A stretch of DNA of 62,913 nt, counting the filler, from Globobulimina sp. (lineage: Eukaryota), in assembly GCA_003354225.1 (NCBI GenBank). It is 37 parts of 37 records of this genome, joined end to end, with 100 filler letters (N's around TTAATTAATTAA, not from the genome) between each part and the next. Parts side by side here need not be neighbours in the genome. Positions count along the whole stretch, not along the records: positions 11,929 to 13,532 come from PIVH01014231.1; positions 13,633 to 15,236 come from PIVH01014232.1; positions 15,337 to 16,940 come from PIVH01014233.1; positions 17,041 to 18,644 come from PIVH01014234.1; positions 18,745 to 20,347 come from PIVH01014235.1; positions 20,448 to 22,050 come from PIVH01014236.1; positions 22,151 to 23,753 come from PIVH01014237.1; positions 23,854 to 25,456 come from PIVH01014238.1; 29 more parts are not named here. One strand, given 5' to 3'. Made by a program: the position numbers and the translations under genes. The notes beneath the pieces are model-generated. The model searched no databases. It was not told where the DNA came from and worked only from the letters and a program-made list of their open reading frames with translations. Shown here in pieces: positions 11,929 to 23,947 of the stretch (the stretch's first letter is position 1; each line of letters opens with the position of its first letter).

Positions 11929-13291
11929 GTTTTATTTCAATCTTTTCATCATCTTTGAACTCAACGTTTTCTTTTGAAATCGGTAACGTTTCTGATTTCA
12001 ACTTATTTTGTACCGCTTCCTTGGGTTTGGTTTTTTTATCGTTTTCAAAACAAACAACGCAAACTCGCACCTTTTCCTTCCTCGCCCTATGCTTCAATTT
12101 CTTGTTTGAACAATTACCACAAACCACAAACCCACAATAATTGCAATGATGTCTTCTGTTTACAAAATTAAATTTCGATGAACACCAAGTCATCATACAA
12201 ATATCTGCGAAACCATCAGGAACATACAACGTTGCTGCAGCCAAATGAGCAGCTTCCATTTGATTGACACCTGTTTTCAACACAAACTCAGTGAATGTTT
12301 GTTGTATAATTTCCATCCATTCCTCCGTTTGCCGCATAGTCTCAGCATACAACATAAAAGATTCCTCACTCGAATGTATCTGGAATAAATTGTCAATGAG
12401 TGAACTCTCTGTTTTTTGAATGCTAAAATTCGAATCAAAGCGCAACAAATTGCCAAATAATAACTTGTTTTTATTGCCTGACTGCACAGCCTTAGCATAA
12501 ACAATACAGTCATTGAACAATATAAATAAATACTTAATTTCATCATTGTTCATAAAAAGTTTGCACATTTGGCCTTTTTTGATGTAGCGCCTGGACGGAG
12601 TTACTAATTTTTGTTTGCTTTTCCCTTTGAATGTCAATTGATTCTCAATGCTTTGTACTTCATTCCGGGACTCAAATTCTTTGATTCTGTCGTTTATGAT
12701 GTGATTAACTTTGCAGATCTCCGCCAATGCTTTGTTTAATTCCTTGTGGTCGGGATGGCTCACTTCTGTATATTTCAATATTTCTTCCAATAACATTTTG
12801 TAACGCGGCATGCGTTGAATTGGCAGAATAAGTAATTGCTCAATGGATAATGTGTTGAAATGAACGGATTGTTTCTGGCAAAAACGACAAAATGGAGACG
12901 ATGTTTGTTGCCGCAACGTTGCTAAATGCCTGGCCATGACACCATAGTTATTGGCAAAGGATTGGTACATTTTGAAATGGGGAGAAAAGGCAGAGATAAT
13001 GTCACCAATTTTGGAATACCAATTGGACCATGAACTGGATTCCATTCTACTGGTTAATTCTTGTAAAAATGTTTGATTCAAACCAAGGATCGCATGCAGA
13101 TCTGCTGGGAATATTATTTTATAGTCGGCAGCGGGTAAAGTTGCGGGATTTGCGCGTAATTCATCAACATAATGATGCACTAAATTTGTCATTAAACTCA
13201 CATATGTTTTCTCAGTGGTTAGCAACTCGTCGATGGCTTTCCTCCTTCTTCTCCCACGTTTGGCTAAGGGGTCATTTTGAGAAGAAGCCAT
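11929..13291 (-). CDS. RhoGEF DH-PH-FYVE protein (FGD/frabin-like), 3' partial
   Basis: ELLTTEKTYV and LILPIQRMPRYKMLL (DH); YLFILFND (PH); RRHHCNYCGFVVC and RVCVVC (FYVE). Confidence 0.92.
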
Positions 13292-13369
13292 TACAAAATT
13301 AAAGTAACTTTTCAACTTTACTGAGTTGCTCTCGATCCAGCAGAGCGGAGATAATGTTTGCTTTCTCAA

Positions 13370-13532
13370 AGAAGTCGAATGAAACCAATTTAATTCAAAC
13401 CAGTAACAGCAACAACAATAATAATATAATTAAAGAAGGCTATTTAGAGAAAGAATCAATTCATCTAAAAACATTTAGAAAACGATGGATTGTGTTGACA
13501 ACAGACAATAAATTATATTCATATAAAAAGGA
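13370..13532 (+). CDS. PH-domain fragment
   Basis: IIKEGYLEKES..FRKRWIVLT..LYSYK. Confidence 0.75.
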
Positions 13533-13632
13533 NNNNNNNNNNNNNNNNNNNNNNNNNNNNNNNNNNNNNNNNNNNNTTAATTAATTAANNNNNNNNNNNN
13601 NNNNNNNNNNNNNNNNNNNNNNNNNNNNNNNN

Positions 13633-13836
13633 TATTGATTCATATCCAGTAAACGTAAAATTTCTAAAATTTGGTGCTAATGTTAGGTTGTATTGGATTG
13701 GATTAATTGTTGTTGGCAATCGGTACGGGTTTGTTGTAGATGCGGTGCTAATTATAAATACCATTGAACATAGGTATAAATATGATATGATATGATGGAC
13801 ACTCCTTAGGTGTTGACATGATTTGCTACTCATCAC
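13633..13836 (-). CDS. M1 aminopeptidase N-terminal fragment
   Basis: Hydrophobic leader followed by YRLPTTINPIQYNLTLAPNFRNFTFTG. Confidence 0.75.
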
Positions 13837-13850
13837 TCCTTAAACTAATC

Positions 13851-15014
13851 ATGGGTGATTGTTTAACAACACCTGCAGCTGCACAACAACAGTCGGATAA
13901 CAGTTATGCACCACCTGAAGAGACGCAACATGATGCCGCTGTGAAATATGGCTTAGAGATTATGCGAAAAGGATTTGGTATGTTATTTATATTTAATTAT
14001 ATATGTGTCAAATTTTGTGAAATATGTAAATAAAGTGAGGGCTGATCATTTTGATAACATTTATCGGTTAAAACCCAAATTTGAAGGTGCACCAAACTTG
14101 CGACAAGCTTCAGGATTTAATATATATGGCACAGGGCAACCAGACAAATCTTCGATTTTAGCACTATTAAACATATGGTTTAAAGAGATGAATTTGAATA
14201 AATGTTTATGGATCAATATGAGATCGGATCAGAACCTGTGATATATGTCAACGACTTTAGTTTATCCCCCAGAGATCCCCAACATCCGTCTGAAAATATC
14301 CAATTTGGTGAAGACATCATAACCATCGATGATTTAAATTCATTCAACGACGAATTAGAAAAAACAGTCAAACAAATTAAAATATTGAGATCGAAAAACA
14401 AAAATATATTCATTCGAATATCACAAGGATACATATGCGCCGTTGCCAGCTGATAGAAATTAAAAGACAGAGTCGAAAGCTGTGAGTGCAAGAATGGAAC
14501 AAATGATGTTTATGGTTTGCAAACAGTGTATAAACATTTCAAAGAGAAGCAAGATTTTAATTGATATTCAACTACAACGTATTACTGTTTTGGATGAAAA
14601 AGCGCCGCAACCACAGCATATTGAGAAATTAAAATTGTAGATGTCATTTTAAATAAATTAATCCAATGGAAACACGGTGATTGTCTTCAATTGCATGATG
14701 GGTAAAGGCCGGACAACGGAAGTTAAGGGATGATAATGGCGTGTTTGATTAAACAAATACAAAACGAAGAAATGGATGAGAAACAATATGATATTATTAA
14801 TAAAAATAAATGGCCACATGATATACCTGAGGAATGCGAAGAATTTGTAGCATTTAAAAAAAAATTACAAAATAAAAAGGATATGATGATGGATGAAAAA
14901 AATGGCGATGCGATAAAGAAAGAGACGGATGATACTATTTATTATGGGAAATATGGCGGCGACGCAGTCGCCTCATCGTTTGCCAAAGAATTTATTGTGA
15001 TGATAGCTCGTTGA
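13851..15014 (+). pseudogene. Paladin-like (PTP-like phosphatase) gene with multiple frameshifts
   Basis: MGDC start, intron 13978-14035, GAPNLRQ..IYGTGQP, WINMR/EPVIYVN and VFNCMMGKGRTT/GMIMACL (CX5R). The pieces lie in different frames with stops. Confidence 0.75.
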
Positions 15015-15336
15015 GAGCACTTATTAAATAAGATTTGGGTCCAAATCCCAATCATCACATTTTTTTTATTTATTATCCCATAATTCATCACATTTTTTTG
15101 TTTTTGTGTTTCTTTTACCAATAATGTACAATATTTTACCAATCACGTACAAGATTTCTATTTTACTGTCACTAGGTCAGTAAACGGGTCAAAAGGAGTG
15201 GAGTAATTCCACTTTTACTGCGTTTTTTTGGGTAAANNNNNNNNNNNNNNNNNNNNNNNNNNNNNNNNNNNNNNNNNNNNTTAATTAATTAANNNNNNNN
15301 NNNNNNNNNNNNNNNNNNNNNNNNNNNNNNNNNNNN

Positions 15337-16899
15337 ATTTCCGAACATTAAACATAAAACTAAACAATTTATAATCGCATCACATGGAATTAAGAATGTA
15401 ATACCACTAAAAATAAATGCTCCGCCAAAAAAAAATACAAATGATGATAAAATAGCCACACAAACCAATGTTGTTTGTTTGTTCATAATTTTTGTCAACA
15501 CATTGGCTCTTTGCCGTACTTGTTGATCCAAACTATTTTTTTCTTTTATATCTTGATCATATTTCATTGCCATACTGCTCATTCTCCGCATACTGCGAAT
15601 ACGATCAACAACCAAGTTAGTTGAAGGTGGCGGCGTTGAATCTGCTTTTTTATGTTGCGTAAAACGACTTTTTCTTCGAATCTCGAGTGGATTTGAATGT
15701 GATCGAACGCGATAACCTTTTTTTGGTTGACTTTTACATAAACGCATATCATTGATTTTAGACGTTGCAATTTGTCTCGTTACAGTAACATTGAGCTGAT
15801 AATTTTCATCCAATGCTTGCAAAGAAAGTGATAATTGATGTTTTGCATCGCTTGGCGTTAAAATAACTTTTAAATTATTTTGAAACGAATCACTTGTTGG
15901 CGATATGGTATTGTGTCCTCGTCGAAATTCAAGAATATTATCAATAGCATCATCTGGCAAATAACATAAATTTGAATTTGTACTAATTGATAATTTTTTG
16001 TTTCTGGAAACACTTTGCTTGGTTTCCGGGCAGGTTTGCGTAGTTCGTGTGGTTTTTGTAAATTTTGTGCGTGTTAATATTTTAAAAAATGGTAATTTAC
16101 ATTTACAAATATTGTTAGTATTTTCATTCGAATTATTTTGGATTTTGCGTAATTTTTGCAATTTATATACAAACATAACTACCATAATTGTACTGAATAT
16201 GCAATCAGAAATCCCAAATAAAGCTAAAAATATAAATGATTTCTTATTTTCATCATAATACACACACAAACCAATGTTTTCGTGGTTTGCTAACGTTGCA
16301 AATTTGATACCATCGTTACTTATCACTAAAACCGACCAAAATATAAATAATATCAATAAAATTAATGTCAAACAAATAAATAAAGAAATTAAATATTTTC
16401 GTGGATATTGCAACACAGAATGACGGAAAGTAAAATATATTTTAAATATAAATAATATATACATTGAATATTTAGATAACGCATACGAGCCAATACCAAT
16501 AAAATAAACTAAGTTACATGATAATATTCGAAATATAAATGGTAAAATAATGTTAGTTTTTATTAACGTATAACAAAAACATGTTAATAAATTGAGTGAA
16601 AATGTGATTAAATACAAAATCTTTAAATTTTGTGTCATTGATGTTAATTTTGAATCTCTTGCAATATACATATTGAATAAAGTATGGCATAAAACAAATG
16701 AAATAATCGCTATTCCACAACTGCCAAATATAATCATTGATATTATGTATGGATAATTGCGATCAGATAATGTTAATTCAACATTTTGATTGTTACCCAT
16801 GCCTTCGGAGACACCGACAAAAATGAAAAATAAAGCTAACTGCACGAAACGTATATTTGCTAACAAAAACGAAGTCATTGTCTGTGATGATCGCGACAA
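15337..16899 (-). CDS. 7TM GPCR-like membrane protein with long third cytoplasmic loop
   Basis: Signal/TM leader, five TM helices, a basic Ser/Thr-rich loop of about 230 aa, then two TM helices ending DAIINCLVLCLMF. Confidence 0.65.
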
Positions 16900-17040
16900 A
16901 AAAACATTGATAATGTTAGTGTCAAAAACCTCTATTTTTTNNNNNNNNNNNNNNNNNNNNNNNNNNNNNNNNNNNNNNNNNNNNTTAATTAATTAANNNN
17001 NNNNNNNNNNNNNNNNNNNNNNNNNNNNNNNNNNNNNNNN

Positions 17041-18188
17041 ATATGTATTCGAATTTCGTTGTTTAAATATATATTTCCGTCAGATACATCTAATTTGGTC
17101 TGGTTGACGACAGAGTTCTCTGGAGGGGGTAATTCTGTATTCGATTCGATAGATATTAATTCTATAATTTCCGTATTCGTAGATTTATCTATTGTAATCA
17201 GGTCTGAGTCCGTATCAGTATTATTATCTATTTTAACTGAATCTGTATTAGATTCGTTAGATATAAACTCTTTGATTTCCGTATTCGTAGTATTATCTAA
17301 CATTAGATTCGTATTCGTTGCGATAGATATATATTCTTTAAATATAGTGTTAGTTTCCTTGTCTTCATAAAGATTTGTGTTTGTTGACTTATCTTCAGGA
17401 GTGCAGTGAATTTGATTAGAGTCATAGTTTGATAAATCTAAAATATTGTCGATATTATCGGTATTATCGATACCTGATATTTGTGAAACATCAGCAATAG
17501 TTGGGATTTCGGGATCTGCATGATATAATATAGAGTTATTATATTTAGTGTCGTTGGATCTATCTATAGTTGAATTCAGAGGATCATTCAAAGTATTTGT
17601 CTCGTAATCTTGATTATTTTCTAATTCTTCAAGGAAGTCTATATCTAAATGTTGAGGTATATATTGTACTCTCTCTGTATTTGGAATAATATTACCAATC
17701 AGATTTTTCTGTACTTTAAGTTCCAATATTCTGTTTGAAGTCGTGATATTTGATGTGGATGTGGATGGGCCAGGCAATGGCTCAGCATGTAAAATATTAG
17801 AACTTTGGGAAATAGGCGCTGTATAAGATTTCCGTTTATCTACTCTCTTATCTACGTTGTTTACATTTTTAGCCACCTTTTCGTTTTCTTCTTTAAGTCT
17901 TTTTCTTTCTTTGATTAAAAATTTTTTTTCTTCAGCTAATCTATTTTTTTCTTCCATCTGTAATAGAAACTTACTTTTCACAGCCCTTTGGGGTTGAATT
18001 CTAGTCGGAACATTGTTAGATAAAACGTTGGGAGTACTACTATCTGTCAATAAAACTTCGTTCGATAAAGTATTGTTAGTATTTGTCGTAGAAAGGTTAT
18101 TTACACATACATCTGTACATAAACTTAAATTGTCATGAGAACAAAATTTTTTTGTTGATTTTCCAGAAATTCTATTTTCTCTGTCCAT
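17041..18188 (-). CDS. Low-complexity Asn/Thr-rich protein with repeated (S/T)NT motifs, 3' partial
   Basis: Open frame of about 380 codons with KSTNT, KETNT, IATNT, NTTNT and ESNT repeats. Confidence 0.6.
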
Positions 18189-18385
18189 ACTGATAGTGTG
18201 TTAAAATCGTAATATTTTAAAACAATGAAGTTGATAATATATCAATTTAAATGTAGTAAATGATATAGTAATGTAGGACTGGTGATCGTAATATATTGTT
18301 TGATTAATGGTTATGGTTATGGTTATTCACCGAAGTAGAGGTAATGCGTGATCTAATAACGTTCCCTAATTGGCAGAACCAATGC

Positions 18386-18630
18386 TACCCTTCCCAAAGG
18401 GCCAATAGCCAGTGGCGTTATCTTGGTTACTTTTTCCAATGGGACAATAGCCAATGGCGTTATCTGTTACCCTTCCCAAAGGGCCAATAACCAATGGCGT
18501 TATCTCTATTACTTTGTCCAATGGGACAATAACCAATGGCGTTACGTTTATATAATACTTTTCCAAGTGGGTCAGGACCAAAATATAGGGCGTTATCTAT
18601 TACCTTTTCCTATCGGGTCAAAAACCAATA
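18386..18630 (+). repeat. Tandem repeat of about 40 bp (about 6 units) with alternating A/B variants and CCAAT motifs
   Basis: TACCCTTCCCAAAGGGCCAATA.CCA.TGGCGTTATCT alternates with TACTTT.TCCAATGGGACAATA.CCAATGGCGTTA. Confidence 0.85.
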
Positions 18631-18746
18631 ACCCAATAACAGGANNNNNNNNNNNNNNNNNNNNNNNNNNNNNNNNNNNNNNNNNNNNTTAATTAATTAA
18701 NNNNNNNNNNNNNNNNNNNNNNNNNNNNNNNNNNNNNNNNNNNNAT

Positions 18747-19217
18747 CTAAATAGATGGGGTGATTTTGATGTAGATCAGATCACTTACGAAACCTCAAGA
18801 AAAGGCGTTTTTGCTGGTGGTGATGCAGAAACTGGAGCATCCATTGCTATCGCAGCTGTTGCTGCTGGTCAGGAAGCTGCAATCTCGATTATCCGACAGC
18901 TGAAAGGCGAGGATATGAAAGAAGGGCGGGAGAAAGTTGAAATTCCTCAAGAGGATTTCAATCCAATCCCCAAGGTAGCAGAACTCGTCCCTAGATCTCA
19001 TATGGATAAAATCTCTATGGATCAAAGGAAATCCGGATTTGCAGAAGTTGAGTTGGGATTGAGCGAAGAGGTTGCCAGAGCTGAAGCCAATAAGTGTCTT
19101 GATTGTATGTTATGCTGTGAATGTCTGGAATGTGTTAAGGCATGTGGTGCTGGAGCATTGACACTAGATACTCATCAGGAACAATCAACCGAAGTTGCGT
19201 TAAATGTTGGTTCGATA
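18747..19217 (+). CDS. Bacterial FAD/4Fe-4S oxidoreductase fragment (HdrA-GltD fusion type), chimeric
   Basis: KGVFAGGDA..AIAAVAAGQEAAISI, FAEVELG, EANKCLDCMLCCECLECVKAC; ends at LNVGSI. Confidence 0.85.
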
Positions 19218-19435
19218 CCAGCGTTGCTTGGATTGTCCAAATTTACGCATCCATCACAACCAGTTACGCAACTATGAAATCCATAGCGTACCAAATTACC
19301 CACACTGAAATCACCACCAATATTTTGTAAATAATAAATAATATCACCTTTTAAATGCACTGTAATCTCTTCATATGTAATATCAGCATTAAACACCGAA
19401 ACACACAAAGCTAACGACAATAAACGAGGTAACAT
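19210..19435 (-). CDS. Secreted heme peroxidase (plant/ascorbate-peroxidase superfamily), N-terminal fragment
   Basis: Signal peptide, then LVRYGFHSC..GCDGCVNLDNPSNAGI (distal R-x-x-F-H motif); truncated at the chimeric junction. Confidence 0.75.
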
Positions 19436-19501
19436 CTCAAGTCAGCTATTATTCGCTTTAGAAAAGTTTTTTTGAATTATTTGTCAGTCGAAGCTAACTG
19501 A

Positions 19502-20347
19502 ATGAGTTCAAGTAAAAAAAGGCCGTTTTCAGAGTATACTGCAGGAGACTTTTATTTATGCGCTGATTGTGATTCAGTTTATCACGGACAACAAGAATTA
19601 TGTGAACATTTAGCAAAACATTCCAATCTCAGACGACAGGTCTTATCCTTGCACCGCGTGCAATTATTGCAATACTTAATAATTTAAATAAACATAGGCA
19701 CGAAAAAGGATATGTCTTCGTAACAAGCAAAAAAAAGATATTTTGGATTATACTAAGAAACCGCAACAATTAATACCAGACAATTTAAGCAACGATACAG
19801 CAGGAAATGGAATGAATGTTTGTAAATTATCACAATTATCAGGCATTGAACAATTGACACAAACAAAAAAAATGAGCGATCACTATTACACATATCACCA
19901 ATTAAAAATGGCAGTGAATACCATTGGAAACACACGACGCAAATCGTCACATAATATAAAAACATCACTGGATATCATTCACGATATTACTGTGTTAAAA
20001 CACGCAGCAAATGTATTACATTTGCAATGTAAAAATAGTCATTTATTTGATAGGATACAATCAAAATTATTAGGCTCCAATTTCAGACAGCCTCCAATTA
20101 AAAATCACCAAAAAATTGTAAAGACAGTGAAAAAAAAGCAAAAACCATTAATTACACAAATAATCGATAAACATAATGATAAACAGGAAATTGATGGTAT
20201 TGTTGAAGAGGAACAGACAATAAATTTTCAATTTGATTCTTCCGATTTTCAACGTTATTTGGATGCAAATAGTGAAATCATTGGGAGATTGCAAGCGATT
20301 CGGAGAGAAAAATCTTTTTTTGGTGCGACTAAAGAAGAGATTGATTT
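19502..20347 (+). CDS. C2H2 zinc-finger protein, 2 exons, 3' partial
   Basis: CADC..HLAKH; intron 19640-19697 joins in frame to ORF 19743. Confidence 0.7.
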
Positions 20348-20454
20348 NNNNNNNNNNNNNNNNNNNNNNNNNNNNNNNNNNNNNNNNNNNNTTAATTAAT
20401 TAANNNNNNNNNNNNNNNNNNNNNNNNNNNNNNNNNNNNNNNNNNNNGACTGAA

Positions 20455-21204
20455 TCACAAGGATTGAAATATAGGCTGACCGAATATCAGAGTCCAATGA
20501 ATTATATCAGCCATTAAGTCGACTAAAAAACCATCCCATAAACACATTACTCCATGATTCTTTACTAACGCTTTTGTAGAGGCAAGAAACCCTTCACCAG
20601 TTAGCATCTGTCGCCGGATTACAGTTTCTATTCCATAACCAACAGAACGGGCAACATACGCTTTTGCAGTAATCTTAGTAAATTCGCTGCGCCCAGAAGC
20701 TGTATCAAAACTATCTAAAGTTTTCCAAATCGAAGAAGTCATTAATACAAATCTGGCAGCTGACAATACGAATTCTTGCATAAATGAACGATTTAATGTA
20801 CACAGTCCCTTCAATCCAATCACATTCTCGATCCATTTTAAACGTAACCATGTAAACCCTGCGAGTGATAGACTTCCCGCAATGGCACGACTCGGATGAG
20901 GGAACTTTCTTGGCCTTGGCAACAAAACTGAGCGCCAAAGTACATCGATAACAACATACATTGGAAAAAATGAGATCATTCGATAGGGATAAGCCGTCCC
21001 TCCATATAAAGCAAAAAAGTTATCATATCCAAAAAACTTTGGCTGAATGAAATTTTGTATGTCAATGTTTAAATCATCGTTTACTAATTTTCCATTTTGT
21101 TGCAATTCCAATACAGTTCTCCTTATTTGTAATCTCGTGCTGTATGTTCTCAATGGGGTCGATATTAATGCTGCGACATTGCTAACTAAACCCAAATTAA
21201 CCAT
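20455..21204 (-). CDS. Divergent mitochondrial-carrier (SLC25)-like protein
   Basis: Degenerate PxD/ExxK/R motifs (TPLRTYSTRLQ, YGIETVIRRQM) and KNHGVMCLWDG. Confidence 0.55.
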   Translation of the reverse strand: MVNLGLVSNVAALISTPLRTYSTRLQIRRTVLELQQNGKLVNDDLNIDIQNFIQPKFFGYDNFFALYGGTAYPYRMISFFPMYVVIDVLWRSVLLPRPRKFPHPSRAIAGSLSLAGFTWLRLKWIENVIGLKGLCTLNRSFMQEFVLSAARFVLMTSSIWKTLDSFDTASGRSEFTKITAKAYVARSVGYGIETVIRRQMLTGEGFLASTKALVKNHGVMCLWDGFLVDLMADIIHWTLIFGQPIFQSL

Positions 21205-21376
21205 ATCTCTTCGAATGTGTTGGTCAAATATACTATCACTAAATGGCGCAAACCTTATAATATTGAATTAAATTTGCAAAAAATCTTAATTACCATTGTG
21301 TACGTAAACTTAACGGAAACATTACGATTGCGTTATTTGCGTAGGTCAACAACCTTGAGTAAGCGGAGTAGTCCAA

Positions 21377-22015
21377 ATGGCACAAAGTGAATTGGAATCA
21401 AAAATTGTGGGTCAACACAAAGTATTTGAATCATTGAGAATCGACAGTAAAGGATGGAATATGTTGCTGTTTGAAGATGTGACAAACGTGATACAAATAT
21501 TATGTCCTCTCTGTAAAAATGTATGCTGTGATGCTGTGGAATTAGGATGTGATGAATACCATATATATGATGAATATGATATAAATCCTTATTGTAATCA
21601 ATGTTTAATAACAAATATTTCAGCAAATAATGACAAATGCCCAATAAATGGCCAGACAAAGTCGTGTCATTAGAAAACAAATTATGTCCAAAATGGTAAT
21701 ATGTCCATTCAGTGCAGCATATAAACTTAGACTTAACTCGAAAAATAAAAATAAAAATGACAATATTCAACAATTACAGGATACGATCGGTAATGATGAC
21801 CACGAGCAAAAAGAGGGCATATTCAATGATGATATTAATTCACATCGTTGTTTATGGAGAGGATCATTGAAGGAATTAACCAATAAACATTTAACTGAAT
21901 GCATTCAAAAAAATGACCCAATTTATTTTATAAACATTGAAAATAAAAAATTGCAAACACTTATTTCCGATCTCCAGACTCAAATATTAGAGTTAAAACA
22001 GCAAACAAATTCTGG
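21377..22015 (+). pseudogene. RING/TRAF-type zinc-finger gene, frameshifted near 21655
   Basis: CPLCKNVCCDAVELGC..YCNQCL..KCPING, then a shifted frame with RKQI..VICPFS..CLWRGSLKELTNKHLTEC. Confidence 0.65.
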
Positions 22016-22274
22016 TATACATATATGAACCATTTTATATTTTTTTTATTNNNNNNNNNNNNNNNNNNNNNNNNNNNNNNNNNNNNNNNNNNNNTTAATT
22101 AATTAANNNNNNNNNNNNNNNNNNNNNNNNNNNNNNNNNNNNNNNNNNNNAAAACAATATAAAATGTACAAATTGAAGCTTTTTTGTGTTACTAAAAAAC
22201 ATTCTGTTTACTGTGAGCATTGCATAGCGCTTACTAGTAAACTAGCACTTACTCGTCGTTAACAAGCAAGAATA

Positions 22275-22924
22275 ATGTCGTTTATATGGAACTGGATGTT
22301 CCGAGCACTAAATTGGGTGGGATTGGCCAACAAGAATGCAACAATACTATTTTTAGGATTGGACAATGCTGGAAAAACAACGTTGTTACGAATGTTGCGC
22401 GACAACAAGGTGGAAGTAAACGAGCCAACGCGGCATGCATGTTCTGAGGAGTTAGTAATGGGAGGAGTCAAATTCTCCACATATGATTTAGGCGGACACT
22501 TTGCCGCCAGACGTATTTGGAAAGATTATTTTGTTAAAGTCGATGGCATTGTATTTTTAGTGGATGCTGCCGACCGCCATAGGTTCGATGAATCGAAAAA
22601 AGAATTAACTGCATTGCTATCAAGTAATGAATTAAACGACGTTCCATTCTTAATTTTAGGCAACAAAATTGATAAAAAAGTTATGTTAATGTTACTCGAT
22701 ATATGTCTCGCAAATTCGCAACAACACAAAAAATATATTCATTAATTGCACAGTCTGCAGTCAACGAACAGCAATTGCGCCAATCCATAGGTTTAAGGAA
22801 AACAACTGGGAAAAAAGCAGCACCTCAAAAAGGACAACGCCCCATCGAATTATTTATGTGTTCCGTTATTAAACGCGCCGGATTCGCCGATGGATTTAAA
22901 TGGTTATCCAATTTTATCGAATAA
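22275..22924 (+). CDS. SAR1: Sar1 small GTPase, 2 exons
   Basis: [21 protein letters not shown]; intron 22680-22753; [16 protein letters not shown]. Confidence 0.96.
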
Positions 22925-23189
22925 CTGATGTTTTTTGAGAAGCTTTTATTGTATGCCTTAATTTTATTGTTACCACACAACTTTTTTGATCAGTTTGCCT
23001 GTTTTTTTTTCTTTCTTTTTTCTTTTTTTGTTGACGTCGTGTTGAATAACTTGAATTCCAGGGGTTTTAATTTCATTTATTTGACACCTACTTTTCGAAT
23101 TTTCTATAACCGGATGTTATGCAATTCCAAAAAATTGATTTCTTAGTGTTTTGAAGAAGTTGGTGAAGTGACATTTTTTTTTGGAAAAA

Positions 23190-23741
23190 ATGGATACAAT
23201 GGCATCTGAAGATGGAGTGTCAATGACGACAACGGAAAAGGGAATATTAATGAAATATAAATTATCATTTAATGATAACAATATTTATTTGAAACGTAAT
23301 GTTGATTTCCAACCATTTAATCGCAGCACTGTAATATGCATCGGACGTAAAAATATCACAAGTATCCGATTGGATGAAGGCCCCGATCTAAGAACAGCGT
23401 CATTAATTGCGTTTGGTGCGGGTCTTGGTACAGGAGTTGCGGGTATATTTTTATACAAATATTAATATTAATAACAATGAAATTTCTGGAAATTATACAT
23501 TTTGAAAAACATAACAGGAACATTTGCAGGTTGGGCAATCTCAGGCGGTTCAACTGGAGCAACTATTGGCGGATTTGGTGGGTTTTTAACTGGATTTGCT
23601 GGCGGTTTTACGTTTTCATTGAATAGATTTCGAGTGGCTTCATTACAGTTAAAATTGCCATACGATTCGTATACATTTTGGACACCGACTGATAATATAC
23701 CGAATTTGAATAAACTCATCAATAATTGTAACGGAAACTAA
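23190..23741 (+). pseudogene. Gly-rich two-TM membrane protein interrupted by stops at 23463-23480
   Basis: Two same-frame ORFs separated by TAA/TAA/TAA/TGA. Confidence 0.4.
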
Positions 23742-23947
23742 ATTGTTCAACTCNNNNNNNNNNNNNNNNNNNNNNNNNNNNNNNNNNNNNNNNNNNNTTA
23801 ATTAATTAANNNNNNNNNNNNNNNNNNNNNNNNNNNNNNNNNNNNNNNNNNNNACTGTCGCATAGCAATTTATTTAATAAATGGATATCTATTCTCACTG
23901 CAAAATACAAATGCAACGCTGCGTTCAATATTGGTATCTTCAAAGAG

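Noticed and set aside
18386-18630. CRISPR array
   Set aside because: No unique spacers and no cas genes; units are contiguous tandem repeats.
19640-19654. U12-type intron
   Set aside because: TATCCTT is offset from the donor (GTCTTATCCTT) rather than at +2; no intron examined starts with RTATCCTT.
23463-23480. Stop-codon reassignment (ciliate-type code)
   Set aside because: TAA and TGA both interrupt the frame here, while conserved genes (Sar1, SDF2, UCP) have no internal stops and end normally in TAA or TGA.
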